A stretch of DNA of 64,000 nucleotides from Narcine bancroftii (Eukaryota). Shown here in pieces: positions 12,023-25,410 of the stretch. Numbering within the stretch: the first letter of the stretch is position 1; each line of letters starts with the position of its first letter. Both the position numbers and the translations under genes were made by a program. Below the pieces are notes generated by a model. That model ran no database searches. It had not been told where the DNA came from and saw only the letters and a list, made by a program, of their open reading frames with translations. The DNA is taken from the NCBI RefSeq assembly GCF_036971445.1, contig NC_091471.1, positions 333,064,001 to 333,128,000 of the forward strand, given 5' to 3'.

Positions 12023-12700
12023 TTCTTTTTCTTTCTTTGGCTTGGCTTCGCGGACGAAGATTTATGGAGGGGGTAAAATTCCACATTAGCTGCAGGCTCG
12101 TTTGTGGCTGACAAGTCCGATGCGGGACAGGCAGACACGGTTGCAGCGGCTGCAGGGGTAAATTGGTTGGTTGGGGTTCGGTGTTGGGTTTTTCCTCCTT
12201 TGCCTTTTGTCAGTGAGGTGGGCTCTGCGGTCTTCTTCAAAGGAGGTTGCTGCCCGCCGAACTGTGAGGCGCCAAGATGCACGGTTTGAGGCGATATCAG
12301 CCCACTGGCAGTGGTCAATGTGGCAGGCACCAAGAGATTTCTTTAGGCAGTCCTTGTACCTTTTCTTTGGTGCACCTCTGTCACAGTGGCCAGTGGAGAG
12401 CTCGCCATATAACACGATCTTGGGAAGGCGATGGTCCTCCATTCTGGAGACATGACCCACCCAGCGCAGCTGGATCTTCAGCAGCGTGGACTCAATGCTG
12501 TCGACCTCTGCCATCTCGAGTACTTCGACGTTAGGGATGAAAGCGCTCCAATGGATGTTGAGGATGGAGCGGAGACAACGCTGGTGGAAGCATTCTAGGA
12601 GCCGTAGGTGATGCCGGTAGAGGACCCATGATTCGGAGCCGAACAGGAGTGTGGGTATGACAACGGCTCTGTATACGCTTATCTTTGTGAGGTTTTTCAG
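12023..12700 (-). mobile_element. RTE-clade LINE, 5'-truncated
   Basis: QLRWVGHVSRMEDHRLPKIVLYGELSTG...CxxC C-terminus, (GAAA)n-like tail, TSD ctggatat (12015-12022 / 12701-12708). Confidence 0.9.
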
Positions 12701-13640
12701 CTGGATATATGGAGAGGTTAATTAACTGCTTTATCTCCAGTCAGCAGTAAAACTAGGGAGAAATTAGGTTACAGAAAAATAAGCAGAGGAATTGATGGGA
12801 ATGCTCTGAGAACCAGTTGAGATTTAATGGGCCAAATGGTCTTCTATACAGGAAAGAAAAAAACCTTTCAGTACTCAGGATGTTCCAATCTGTTTCACAG
12901 CCATCTGAAGTGTAGTCATTTCTGCAATGCCGACGGGAACAACAGCAAGATTCTCTCAGCGGACCACCTTTGTAACATCAGTGACAATACTCCTTACCTT
13001 GAAAGATTACCTCCAAATTTAAGGCAAAATGGAGAAGTGTGAGAAAACTGGAAGACAAAGCAACGTACCCTCACATTTTCCAGCTGCAAGGACCACCACC
13101 TCTACTTCCTTGGAATCCTGAGGAAATCCAGCACCTCACCTATGTCTCTTAGCTTTTACAGATGCACTAATGAAAGCATCCTGTCAGGACATGTGGGATT
13201 AGAACTGCTCTACCCAAGACTGCAAGAAGCCTCAGAGTTGTGAAAGCTGTTCACACCATCACACAAACTATCCTCCATCAACCATTCCATAGCCAACATA
13301 CCAATGCCACCCCAGCCACACTCTCTTCACCTCCCACTGCGAAGATTCACGGGTGTGACATCATGCACCAGCAAATTCTAAGACAATTTCTTTCCCACTG
13401 TTATCAGATTCATGGATGAACCTCAACCCTGTAAAATAAAGTGGCTTTTACTCAGTGCCAACTAATCATTCTCTGTAACCCTGATTGTGTTTTTACTGTT
13501 ATACTACATATGGGTTATCTGCCTGGAGTACTCAGAAAATGAACTTTCTCACTGTAGCTCAGTCCAAGTGACAGTAAATTTGAACCAAATTGGCAACATC
13601 ATTAGATGGAATAGGAACACTCACTCAACGTGAACATTGG

Positions 13641-13646
13641 TTTATT
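13641..13646 (-). terminator. ATP5PD polyadenylation signal
   Basis: AATAAA on the minus strand about 38 nt after the stop codon. Confidence 0.75.
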
Positions 13647-13683
13647 TTAAAATAGAGTTACATCTGCAGACATCACAGGGCAA

Positions 13684-13815
13684 TTACAGCTCATTGATGG
13701 GCTTGTGAGGCCAATAGGGATACTTCTCCTTGTCCAGTTTGGTTTCAGGGAAAGCTTGGTTCAGATCGTCAATGGTCATCTGGTCAAACGGAACCATGTT
13801 TTTGACTTTTGTGAG
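13684..13815 (-). CDS. ATP5PD: ATP synthase peripheral stalk subunit d, last coding exon
   Basis: 132 nt after tttcag. LTKVKNMVPFDQMTIDDLNQAFPETKLDKEKYPYWPHKPINEL* is the typical subunit d C-terminus. Confidence 0.97.
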   Translation of the reverse strand, partial: LTKVKNMVPFDQMTIDDLNQAFPETKLDKEKYPYWPHKPINEL

Positions 13816-15019
13816 CTGAAACATAACAGAACAAAATAGGAAGTCTTCTATGCCAGACAATTACCAAATATGATCAGTATATCCAAATCTACCTTCTTCC
13901 CACCCCAACAATCATCATGTTCAGAACCTGTCCATACTACCCTCCCCAAAAACTATTCGAGGACCACAGATCTGTCTGTGCTATTGAAATCACATTTTTT
14001 TTGTACCAACTGCAACCATTTTTTAATCTCTTTTTGTCTCATGGAGCATTAATGGTAATATAATTTATTTATAATATTAATAGCATTAATTTAATTAAGA
14101 CTATTTTTGTTGTTTCTTTGCACTGTGCGGCTGCAGCAGGTAAGAATTTGTTCTTTGTACTTTTGTATATGACAATAAACTCACAAAGTCTCGTCCTCCA
14201 ATCTCACTTCCTCCAAATGCTCTGCTCTCCACTCTTTCCGCACCAATCCCAACCTCACCATCAAACCCAGAGACAAGGGTGGTGCTGCTGTGGTCTGGCA
14301 CACTGACCCCTTCAACCAAGGTGTCTGCTGACTTCAGTGTTTTACTTCAATAAACTCTCGAAGTCAAACTTGTGGCCCATGATAGCTTGTACACCCCTCA
14401 CCAGATCCAACAGCCTTGTGATCTCATCCTGAGCTGTACGAGCCAGGAATCAAGTTTTGGCCTTGTCCACACTATACACTCTCCGAAGTAAGCTCATTAA
14501 CATAGCATGCACGTGAGCGAAAGGTTATACGTTGGTCCTGGATAACCTTTACAAGTTCTCCAGTGCAATCAATAGCAAATCCGATGTGAAATGAAGCCTT
14601 GCAAACCAAGCAGATAACCCAGTGCAATCCATGAAGATGTATCACCAGCAAGTAAAAGTGCTGAACTCCACCCCCTCCCCAGGAAAATCAGAACAGCTGG
14701 ATGTGAGATCCCACCACAACAAATGTAGCAGAGTTGCATCGTCTCCCCCACACATGGAACCTTTCCTCCATCAGGAGCTGGCACCCCCCAGCATCACTGA
14801 GCCTGTACTTGACTAGATCAGCCTCACATCCAGAGAAGAGACAGCGCCCACAAAGCCTGGATGTCACGGACAAATTGCAGAACGCTGGAGACATTCAGCA
14901 GGCTGGGCAGCATTCGTGGAGAGATTATCCAGATTCAATTGGATGCCCTTTTACTAGGACTCTGATGGAAAGTCAATGACATGAAATATTAACCAACTCC
15001 ATCATGCCACCTTGTCTGC

Positions 15020-15575
15020 TGAACCACAGAACAATACAGCACAGAAACAGGCCCTTCGGCCCTTATAGTCCATGCTGACCTATTATTATCCCTAGTCCCA
15101 CTGACCTATACTCCTCCCATCCATGTAGTTGTCCAAATTTTTCTTAATTAAAATTAAGCCCACGTTCCACACTTCAGCTGGCAGTTCATTCCACACTCCC
15201 AACTCTGAGTGAAGAAGTTCCCCCTCACGATCCCTCTAATCTTTTCACTCTTAACCCATGTCCTCTAGTTTGTACCTCACCTACCCCCAGTGGAAAAAGC
15301 TGACCTACATTTACTCTGTCTATCCCCCACATCATTTTAAATACCTCGATCAAATCTCCTCTCATTCTTCTACACTCCAGAGAAAAAAAAACCCTAATCT
15401 GTTTAATCTTTCCTTGTGACTCCGTTCCTGAAGTCCGGGCAACATCCTAGTAAACCTTCTCTGCCCTCTTTCTGTTTTATTGGTATCTCTCCTGTGCTTA
15501 GGTGACCAAAACTGCACATAATTCTCCAAATGTAGCCTAACCAATATCTTGTACAATTTTACCATAAAATTTCCA
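15020..15575 (-). mobile_element. CR1 LINE 3' fragment
   Basis: LYKILVRLHLENYVQFWSPKHRRD...QRRFTRMLPGL in ORF 15362-15718. Confidence 0.85.
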
Positions 15576-15729
15576 ACATTTTCTAATTTTTTTGTCACAT
15601 TTCCACCATCTGCCTTTTTTTGGGCTTTCCGATTGTTGATGAATTGCATCTCATGGACCGGCGAGTCAGTGCCTTCTGACACTGAAGAACACACTGGCCA
15701 CTGGAGAATTACGCCCACGGTTGCATTAC

Positions 15730-15792
15730 CTCCAACTCATATTTGGAAATCCGCTCCTTTGAAGCCTGGCAATAGTTCTGAGCGCTCTCATT
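15730..15792 (-). CDS. ATP5PD: ATP5PD coding exon 4 (gene exon 5)
   Basis: 63 nt, cag|...|gtaatg; NESAQNYCQASKERISKYELE. Confidence 0.92.
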
Positions 15793-15897
15793 CTGCAGAA
15801 GAGAAATCCGCTGTTAATCAATCTTAACACAGTGCATTAAAGGAATGGATCCGAATCTTCAATGATAGGTCAGTGCCCCCAAAAAAAGGTTACTTAC

Positions 15898-15969
15898 GGC
15901 CTCTTGTTCCTGAGCGTTAATTTTCTCAACTTGTGTGTCAATGGGCTCTGGAATCTTTAAAGCATTGTA
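15898..15969 (-). CDS. ATP5PD: ATP5PD coding exon 3 (gene exon 4)
   Basis: 72 nt, cag|...|gtaagt; YNALKIPEPIDTQVEKINAQEQEA. Confidence 0.94.
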
Positions 15970-17514
15970 CTGTTAAATGTGGGAAGGAAGGGGGTAGATG
16001 AGGGCGAGGGAGTGAGAGAAAATGAAGAGGAAAAACTGTAAATCAACAACCACTCATCACAGTAGCTCCAGCCACCCATTCCCCTCCCATCAAGTTGACT
16101 GGTATTGTGATTATCAAGGGATTTAATACAAACCCATTTACCAAATTGGACATTCAGAAAAACTTGGGAATAGGATATGCCTGACTCACTACTGCGTGGA
16201 GGTTCCCAGAGCAGCAGGAACTTACAGATTAGCTTTTAAACAGCCCACAAACAGGAATACCTCAAAGAGCGAGGTTGGTGGTTCATCATTAAGCAAAGCC
16301 AGTGAATACAACAGTGAAACGCAAATATGCTCCACACATTCCTCCTTCACCACATCTTGTGACAAGAGGTAAAATGCAGGATTCTGTTGACACCGGTGGT
16401 TAAGTGGAAAAAATACACAAATGCTGGAGAAACTCAGCAGGTCAAACAGTGCCTTTATGTAGCAATGGTAAAGATACATCACCAACGTTTCGGGCTTGAA
16501 CCCTTCATCTTGTAGATAAGCCCACTTTGCATTCAAGTTCTGGATTCGTCTTGAATGCAGCTAGATAGAGCAGTGACCTGACGCTACAAGCCTTTTGAGA
16601 GGACACATCATGCCTGGGACATGTGAATTTACATTTAACATAAGAATGTGCAACACCATCTCCTAGTCCGGCTTTCATTGCTATGATGGTGGGTGTCAGA
16701 GCAAAGGCTCCAACCTTTTCTCACTTCCTTTGGTAGTGACTCCGTTTTCCTTGGCTTCTCCCAGGAGATTGAGTGGTTATTATGGTAGAAGCAAAGAACT
16801 AGAAGTATCTAGTCAGGGTCCTCCATGTATTGTAGCTGGTGGTCTTTACCTGCCTCTCCTGCCCCTTTGTTCATCACACAGAAGAGGTTATTAGATACAG
16901 CTATTGTGAACAAAATGTACGATTGCATCAAAACTCCCATGGTTCTGCAGTTAGGGCCACTGACCTACTCACAACTTAGGCCACTAGTTTTGATTGCCAC
17001 AACTGAGCTGGTTGTTGCATTTTGTGATCAGCCTTAGCTAAATTGGAGCAAATGATGCTCTTGCTCCCTGACACCAGACAATGGTTTATCTCTGACCCAA
17101 GGAGCTTGTATTGTTGAAATCACCAACCTTCAGGGTGTGGGCTCAGTTGCAAGTGCCTGCTTCTCAACTCCAATTCTGCAAGTGCACTACTCTTCTTTGC
17201 AGAGACGGAGGCTGATATCCCATCTGGAGATGTTAACAGTCACTCTACATTTACTGATTTGAAGTACTGCCCTCCCCCCCACTCCCCCGCCAAAGACAGA
17301 GATACAGGACCCAACTCAACAAATAGTAAAGCCTTTGAGCTTGTTTTTTTTTAAATGAGCCACCAAATCAAATGTTGTTTTCTCACTTCGAACTTGATGC
17401 TTTGGAGCAAATACCCAATTTCCTTTGAAGGTTTACACAAAACATGAAGGAAACTACTCTTTGGGTTGCCCTGCTTTTTCAAAGGCCCACAAATCATACA
17501 GCCCTGCCCCTCAC

Positions 17515-17611
17515 CTTCTTTTCAAACTCATCCACCATTCCAGGTTTTTCAATCATTTTCCTATAATAGTTCCAGTCAATGGCCAGAGGCTTTTCAGGAA
17601 GTGACGTCAAT
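17515..17611 (-). CDS. ATP5PD: ATP5PD coding exon 2 (gene exon 3)
   Basis: 97 nt, cag|...|gtgagg; (R)LTSLPEKPLAIDWNYYRKMIEKPGMVDEFEKK. Confidence 0.96.
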
Positions 17612-18655
17612 CTGCAGCAAAACATACAATCAAGAGGTTACAACCAGAGAACTCCCAGTCGCTGCTGCACGCCCATCTTTACAGAAACAAACAAGCCTTT
17701 CTGTGCATTTTGTTCCAATAGTTCTGTCCTCACCAATACCAACCACCCCGCAAGTATCTGTTCTCTTTTACTGGCAATATTAGTGCACTTTTCTTCCTCG
17801 GTACTTTATGGTCCATCTTGAGGCTCGATGTAAGCACTCGTTTGCTGTATCTAAATTGGGAGTGCTTGATAATTCTGAACTGAGAAAAACCTTTTCTAAT
17901 TTACAAGAATTAAAAACATAAAGAAAGAACTGAGAAGAAATGTCTTTACTAAGAGGAGAGGCATGGAATTCTTTACAATAAAACTAAGGTGAATAGAATA
18001 TATCCATTTAAAAAGCTGGATTTCCGATTCAGATTTCTTGTCAGAGTACGTACATGACATCACAGAATTACCACTAATCGGTAGCGCAAAAAAAACTGCA
18101 CAAAATGTATGCATGTAAACAAAGAACTGTAAAACAAACTGACATTTAAAGATGAAGGTGGCACGGCTAGCTCAACGCTGTTACAGCACCAGTAGTTGGG
18201 ACCGGGGTTCGAACCCCACTCTGTCTGTAAGGTGCTTGTATGTTCTCCCCATGTCTCTGCAGGTTTTTCACCAGGGATACGGTTTCCTCCCACCGTTCGA
18301 AATCTGATAGTTTAATGGGGTGTAATCGGGCAGCACAGGTTTGTGGGCTGAAATGGCCTGTTACCGTGCTGTAGGTCTAAATTTATAAATCTTTTTATCT
18401 TCTATGATTGGAAAAAAAGCTAGTGTCTAAACCTCAACACAGACCTGTACACAGTCATGTTGTCATTGTGTAGTGTTCTTTTGCACTACCAATAGTGGTA
18501 ATTCTGCCTCACCCACAGATAAAAGAATCTCAGGGTTTTATGTGAGGTCATGTATGTACCCTGACAATATATCTGGAATCGGAATCTGAGACCTGTTGGC
18601 CAATGTCCTGGGTAAACCTATACCTCTCATTTTGTTCGTTTTAGATTGGTCACAG

Positions 18656-19323
18656 TGTTTGAGCTACCGAAAGAAAATAGACACACACACCGAGAGCAGT
18701 TCAGTTTATACAAATGTTTATTACAAATTCAAAAGCTGATTTCAAACTACAATATGCTAGCCCTTCCCAACTATACTTATCAATGCCTGGACTGGTCCCA
18801 ACTGCCGAAGCGAGGCAACGACCGTACACTTGTAGTAGGTTGTCAGGGCGCCAGTAGCAGCTTCTCCACCACCCCCGACCGGGACGGTGACTAGACTCTA
18901 GAAGTTCTTCTTCTTGCTGAGAGATGTTGCCAACTCTTGGAGTGTCTCAAACTTCAGCAGCGGGACCATGGCTTATATTACCCAAAAACTGCTTACCCAA
19001 GCACCTATTCCCAGCACAGCAAGAAAGATAAGCGAGCAAGCTAGCATGCTAGGCTTTTATCGAATAACATAATTTTCAGCTTATCACTTTGAATACAATG
19101 GTGTATTTTGCATCAAGGCTAGGCCTCTGACAGTCTGTGACCAAAACAAGCTGGAATATTAAATGTTCTTGGTACACAGATGTCCCTTCGTCAGATAACT
19201 GCATCTCTGGCCCCTCGGTGGAATTTAGCTGATGTCTGCTGATTCTAAAAAACAAGCAGGTTCTCAGCCCTGCAGAAGCAAAGGCTGCAAAAGTAAAAAA
19301 TACGGTTTAAATCTTCCATTACA
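18656..19323 (-). mobile_element. probable solo LTR (668 bp)
   Basis: TGT...ACA ends, minus-strand TATA-like taatataag (~18975) and AATAAA (18717-18722). No clear TSD. Confidence 0.5.
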
Positions 19324-19584
19324 GCCAAAAGATCTGCTTTGATGCTGCGTGCATCAAATACATGCTCAATGTATTTAATCCACACACCACCTGGCCTGGG
19401 GAATGTGCAATAGAAGCTTTATTCTCAATCTAAACCTGCCATGAAATGCTTTATAATCATATTGGAACCCAACTGGAAAAATTTATATTTACTCGGGGTG
19501 GGAAAGACGAGGGAGTGACAGGATTAACTTGGCTGAGTATCTGCGTCTGTGAAGCAGCCGTGGAGTCAGATCCAGGGCACTCAC

Positions 19585-19706
19585 CTACTAGTTAGGGCGT
19601 CACTTCGAGTCTTCAGCGCGTTAAACATGGCTCTTTGGTTTGGTGGGACCCGCTCACCAAATGCCAACCAGTCGACAGCTTTCAATGCAACTCTTCGGCT
19701 CGACAT
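19585..19706 (-). CDS. ATP5PD: ATP5PD first coding exon (gene exon 2; acceptor at 19715, 9 nt of 5' UTR)
   Basis: MSSRRVALKAVDWLAFGERVPPNQRAMFNALKTRSDALTS(R), donor gtgagt. The five exons sum to 486 nt = 161 aa + stop. Confidence 0.96.
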
Positions 19707-20599
19707 CCTCGCCACCTGGAGAAGTGGAGAAAAATCAGAGAACGTTGACACCAGGGAAACAAATGCAACGCTATCTCTGTGCCAGAGAATCCCGGAAAGA
19801 CACAGTACTGCCGTCTCACACAATGACCTACTGGAGATTTGATCTTCTCTGCCACTTCCATGTGCTTTATGATGACCGTCCCTGTATCACAGCAGCTTTC
19901 AAGCCTCAATCCAACCGCACTCTCAAACTCTGAACTTTCTCATGGCCAAATTTATCCAAACCACCCACCTGCCCCTACATCCTGCTCATATCTGTCCAAT
20001 GCAGCTACCTTCCCTCCCCACCTATTACATCCCTCCCTACGCTTCTTTCCCCATCCAGGGTCCACTCTCACTAAGGAACTGCAGTTGCCATTCACTGCAG
20101 GAGTTCAAGGCAATCATTTTCAAATTATTCATTAATGACCCTCTTTGATCACAGGGTCAGAAGTGGAACACTCCCTGATGATTGCACAAGGTTCAATTCC
20201 ATTCACAACTGCTCAAATCTATGCCTGCATACACATAGATAACATTCAGACAAGAGGCAGCTAACTCAATCGATGCACGTGCTAGGTAATAACCATCCCC
20301 AACAGGAGTCACTGGGCACCTAACCTTGATGTTTAATCCCATCACTATCTCTGGGTAACTATGATTAACATCCTGGAAGTCACCACTAAATGGAATTTTA
20401 AGGGCAGCAAGACCATCTAGCAACACCGTAAAAGCTATTCACCATCTACAGTGGTGAACACAACTCCAACAAGTCCAGGATAAAGAATTTACTTTCTACC
20501 CCATCACTGAAGCTCGATGGCTGTGGTGAATACTCCACATAGGGCACACATAAATTCCTTGCCCACACTACTCATACAGTACCTGTTAAACTAGGATCT

Positions 20600-21160
20600 C
20601 TAGGTTTTCAGATTTATTGTCAGAGTACAGACGTGACATCACATACAAGCCTGAGATTCCTTTTACCTGCGGGTGCGGCAGAATTACCCCTAATTGGTAG
20701 TGCAAAAAGTAAAGAGTACACTATGTAAAACATGTAAACAAACAAAAGAACTTTAAATAGATAATGAATGTAAACAATCTGATTGAAATACAGAGAAGAT
20801 AAAAAGAAAATCAATAAAGTGCTCAAGTCAGTCCTTAAATGAGTCCCTGATTTTGAGTTTGTCGTTGAGGAGACTGATGGTGGACGGGTAGCAGCTATTC
20901 CTGAACCTGGTGGTGTGAGTCTTGTGGCACCGATATCTCTTTCCTGATGGCACCAGTGAGAACAGAGCGTGTGCTGGGCGGTGTGGGTCCTTAATGATCG
21001 CTACTGCTCTTTGACGGCAGCGTTCCCTGTAGATTTTCTCAATAGTGGGGAGGTTTTGCCTGTGATGTCCTGGGCTGTGATTGCTACCTTTTGGAGGACT
21101 TTACATTCATACCAGACCGTGATGCAGCCGATCAGCACTCTTTCTACCACACATGAAAGA
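20600..21160 (-). mobile_element. Rex1/Babar-like LINE 3' fragment
   Basis: VERVLIGCITVWY...LQKVAITAQDITGKT motif and the shared 3' tail. Confidence 0.7.
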
Positions 21161-21707
21161 GGGCAATGGTAAAAAGAGCAACCAACCACAGACAAGGAAA
21201 CTTGCTTCTGATTACCACTCATTGTCCTCCAATTGACGAACCTTCCATCTTGAACAAAGTTTGAAAGAAACACCAAATGCAACAAGGGGACGGAAGATGG
21301 TCTGGCTGCCTCAACTGAGCTGCCTGACTCCTCAAAGACAGCATTTCCAAGCTGGGTCTGCAGCAGGAAATGACATAGGAATAAATCTCACCAGTCTCCT
21401 TCTCCTATCGTTTCCTCAACTTTCATTGCAATCTCTTATTCTGGAGACTTCAATAACCTCCTCTGCCCTAACCTTAATTTTACCCATACTTTTCAAATCT
21501 GTTAAACATCCACTCCTCCCCCTCCCCCCAGCTATTTGGTTTAAAGCTCTACCCTTAATTGTACAATTCATAGGATCCTAGTCCCATCACAACTCAGGAG
21601 GAGTCCATCCCATCTGAAGAACTACCTCCTTCCCCAATACTGGTACCAATATCTAACAAACGCAAACCACTTCTCCACAGCAGTCTTCGAGTCATGCATT
21701 TAAATCC

Positions 21708-22223
21708 TGTGAAAAATGATTGAAAGTGATTAATAAACACGCACCATTCTGTGAAAAGTGATGGAATGCAAAGTGTAGATTAGGGCTTGAGAGTAGACAG
21801 TACTAGCTAGTGGGCCCCTTCTTATCTCGCGCCCCAAGGATGCAAGGATCTGGTTCAGGCTGGTACAGTGACCTAAGGTAGTCTATAGCTACTACTGCGC
21901 TTGCTTAATAGACACATGAATATTAACTTAGACGCCCCTAAGGAGGGAATGAACTAATTAACATAACATACGATGTATGAAGAGGAAGGAACTGAGTGAT
22001 ACCTGGATTGATGGAAGGGAGAAGGAGAATGATGTAATGTATTGGATTCTGATTGGAAGAAGGTAAATGAAGGTGGGGTGATGTTGAACACGGGACTGTA
22101 CAAAGGAGTGATGATTCTGAACCTCTGGTGTGTCTCCAGACCAGGGACACCCAACTCTGCAGACTTGAAATAAAGCTGAACCTGTTCTCCAAGACTTTGT
22201 CTCAAGAGTAGTGATTGTGAACA
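21708..22223 (+). mobile_element. probable solo LTR (~516 bp)
   Basis: TGT...ACA ends, AATAAA at 22169-22174 near the right end. No TSD seen. Confidence 0.45.
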
Positions 22224-22404
22224 CTTTATATTTTACCCTCCACTCCTGAATCTTATAAATCCTGCATCAATTTGCACATGGCTCAGGTAGTAATCCAGGT
22301 AATCGTAGCATTTTTAGCTGTGGTTTTTAATTTTATCCCTAGCTGCTCAAATTCCCTCAGCAGAAGCTCTTTCCTTATCTTCATGGCAACTTAGATCACA
22401 CCAA

Positions 22405-24440
22405 ATCTTACCATGGTTTCACCACCATTAGAGGAGACAACACCCTGGATCGGGTGTACACCAACATCCCTGTTGTGTAAAAAAGTTGCACCTCGTCCCC
22501 CACCTTGGTTACTTGGATCACTTATCTGTCCTGCTAACCCACGCTACAGATTGCTGTAAACTAGGTCAGTTCCAGGGAGATCAAGTCGTTGCCAGGTGTT
22601 GCCCACAGCAGTGCTGCAAGACTGCTTTGAGACCACGGACGAGTTATTTCAGGGAGGTGGCCTATTACTGAGGCCATATAAACAGAGTTCACAAGCTCAG
22701 TGACTGACTACATCAGCAAGTGCATTGAGGATGTCACCAAGATCAAATGTTTCACAGCCAGGGCAAAACAGAAACCATGGTTGGATGCAGAGGTCCGGGC
22801 CCTTCTCAGAGTTCGTGATGCTGCCTTCAGGACAAGGTGAAGGATGGCACTAAGATCAGTCAGGGCTTAAGTCTCCCGTGCAATCTGGAAGGCAAAGCAA
22901 GGGTACGCACAGAGGATCCACAGACAGCTGTGTAACACTGGCGACACGAGGCGCCTGTAGCAAGGCTATTACAGATGTCGTCAACCTTGCGAATTAAGAA
23001 CAATGACACCTCTCTTCCATACAGACTGAACACCCATGCATGGTTTGATGAGAAAAATAGGATGATGCCAAAGAAATTTCCATGTCCCCCTGATGAATGG
23101 GCCCCCTGCATAGTCGCGGCTGAGGTGAAAATAACCCTATCCAAGTTGAACCCACACAAGGCGGCAGGCCCAGACAACATACCTGGTCGGGTACTGAAGG
23201 ACTGTGCAGATTAATTGACAGAGGTCTTCACAGAGAACTTCAACACCTCACTGCAGCAGTCCATCATTCCCGCAAGGTTCAATACAGCCACCTATATCCC
23301 GATACCCAAGAGGGCGACAATATCAGGCCTCAATGACTGTCTCCCTGTAGCACCGACCTCCACCATTATGAACTGTTTTGAGCGTCTGGTGATGGAACAC
23401 ATCAAAGCGCATCTCCCAGAGACAATGGATCCAATTCAATATGCCTATAGAAGAAATCATTCCACTGACAATGCTATAGTCTTGTCGCTTGATTCCATCC
23501 TGGCCCATCTGGAGAATGACACCTCTTGCATCAGACTACTATTCATCTACCATAAGCTCGGTACTTAATGCGATCATTCCCCAGAGGCTGGTGGCCAAGC
23601 TGTCCTCACTGGGACTCCACACCCCACTCTGTAACAGGAGTCGGGGGGGGTGGGGGGGGGTGGGGGGGGGGGGTGAGAAGACTACAGTCTGAGTCAGTAG
23701 CAGAATATTTCACCTCAAGGCTGTGTGCTCAGCCCAATCCTGTTCACGCTACTGACCCACGACCGCATCGCCAGATCCAGCTCCAACAGTGTCATTAAGT
23801 TTGCAGAGGACACAGCGGTCGTCGGCCTCGTCAGCAACAACGATGAGTGACATTATAGAGAAGAGGTAGAAAATCTCATGAAATGGTGCAAAAGTAACAA
23901 CCTGAATCTCATCATGGACAAGACGAAGGATATGATTGTGGACTTCAGGAGGACAAAGATTGACCACCCTCCACTACACGTCGATGACTCTGTAACAGAG
24001 AGGGTGGAGAGCACAAAGTTCCTTGGAGTTCACTTAACTAGTGCCCTATCATGAACACTCAACAGCTCCCCACTTGTTCAGAAGTTGCAACAGCGACTGC
24101 ATTTCCTGAGAAGACTAAAGCGGCAAGGCTACCGGCCTATCAATCTTCTATAGAAGCTCTATCGAGAGCATCCTGGCCGGCTGCATCACAGTGTGGTATG
24201 GTTGCTGCAGAGAAATGGATTGGAGGTCAATCCACAAGACCATCAGAGTGGCAGAGAGAATCACTGGAGTCTCCCTCCCACCCCGTCGACATGATCTACT
24301 AGGATTGTTGTCTGAAGAGTCTAGGCAAAATCATTGAGGACCCCTTCTACCCTGCACACAGCACCTTTTAGTTGCTCCCGTTAGGGAAGAAATACAGGTG
24401 TATTAGAGCCAGCATCACCAGATTGAGGAACAGCTTTGAC
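22405..24440 (+). mobile_element. Rex1/Babar-like LINE, decayed reverse transcriptase
   Basis: LNPHKAAGPDNIPGRVLKDCAD, CFERLV, DPIQYAY, PQGCVLSP, KFAEDT motifs with stops and frameshifts. Confidence 0.88.
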
Positions 24441-25410
24441 TGATGATGGTAGGGCAATGGATGGTGTACATGGACCAGAGTGGACTATTTGACAAGGTCC
24501 CTCATGGTAGGTTCGTCTAGATGATTAAGTCACATGGTGTTCACAGCTTTGTTGCTTAGTTGGATACAAAACTGGTTTAGTCCTAGAGGACAGAGCATAG
24601 AGGTGTTTCTTTGGCTGGAAGTCTATAATCAAGTGTTCCACAAACATTAGTGCTGGGACCTCTGTTGTCTGTGAGATATACAAATTACCTGAAAATGTAG
24701 GTGATCTGGAGAGCATGTACGCAGATGGAGTTTTGGAAAATGGAGGTTGTCCAAGGATAGTAGGAAATTTGTAGATGGAGTTTATCCAGGCAACTGTGAG
24801 ATGTACTTTGGGAGGTCAAATACAAGGGGAAAATGGTACAACCTTTAGCAGCAATGATATGCAAGTGCATGGCTCCCTATAAGTGGCAACGAAACTGGAT
24901 AGTGCGGAAGAGAACATGATAGTATACTTGCCTACATCCAGCAGGGCATCAAGTGTAAAAATTGGCAAGTCATGTTGCAGCTGCCACAGTTCTGGTCGTC
25001 ATATCACAGGAAAGATGTGAAGGTTATGGAAATGGTGCGGAAGAGGTTGACCAGGATGTTGCCTGGATGGGGGTATTCTCTAATTAAATTAAAGTGAGGT
25101 TGGACACTAACTTGGATTATTTTCTCTGGAGCATCAAAGGCTGAGAGATGACCTGAGAGAAGTGTATAAAATCATGAGGGGGATAAGGTTGGGTAGACAG
25201 TTGAATCTTACTCCTGGGGTGGAAACATCAAATAGTAGAGGGCATAGGTTTATGAGAAGAGGCACGTTTAAAACTAAAATACACTATCAAATATGGTGGT
25301 AGAAGCAGATACAATAGCAACATTTAAGAGCTATTGCAAGGAATAGAGGGAAAAGATGATGTGGAGACAGTTAGAAATGTGGGGCCAAAGGTCTTTTCCT
25401 TTGCTGTTTG
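24440..25410 (+). mobile_element. CR1 LINE 3' fragment
   Basis: FDKVPHGR, VPQ..VLGP, KRLTRMLPG, RLRDDLREVYKIM remnants. Confidence 0.75.

Noticed and set aside
18155-18390. tRNA-like A/B boxes here and in similar copies
   Set aside because: No cloverleaf; these are heads of tRNA-derived SINEs.
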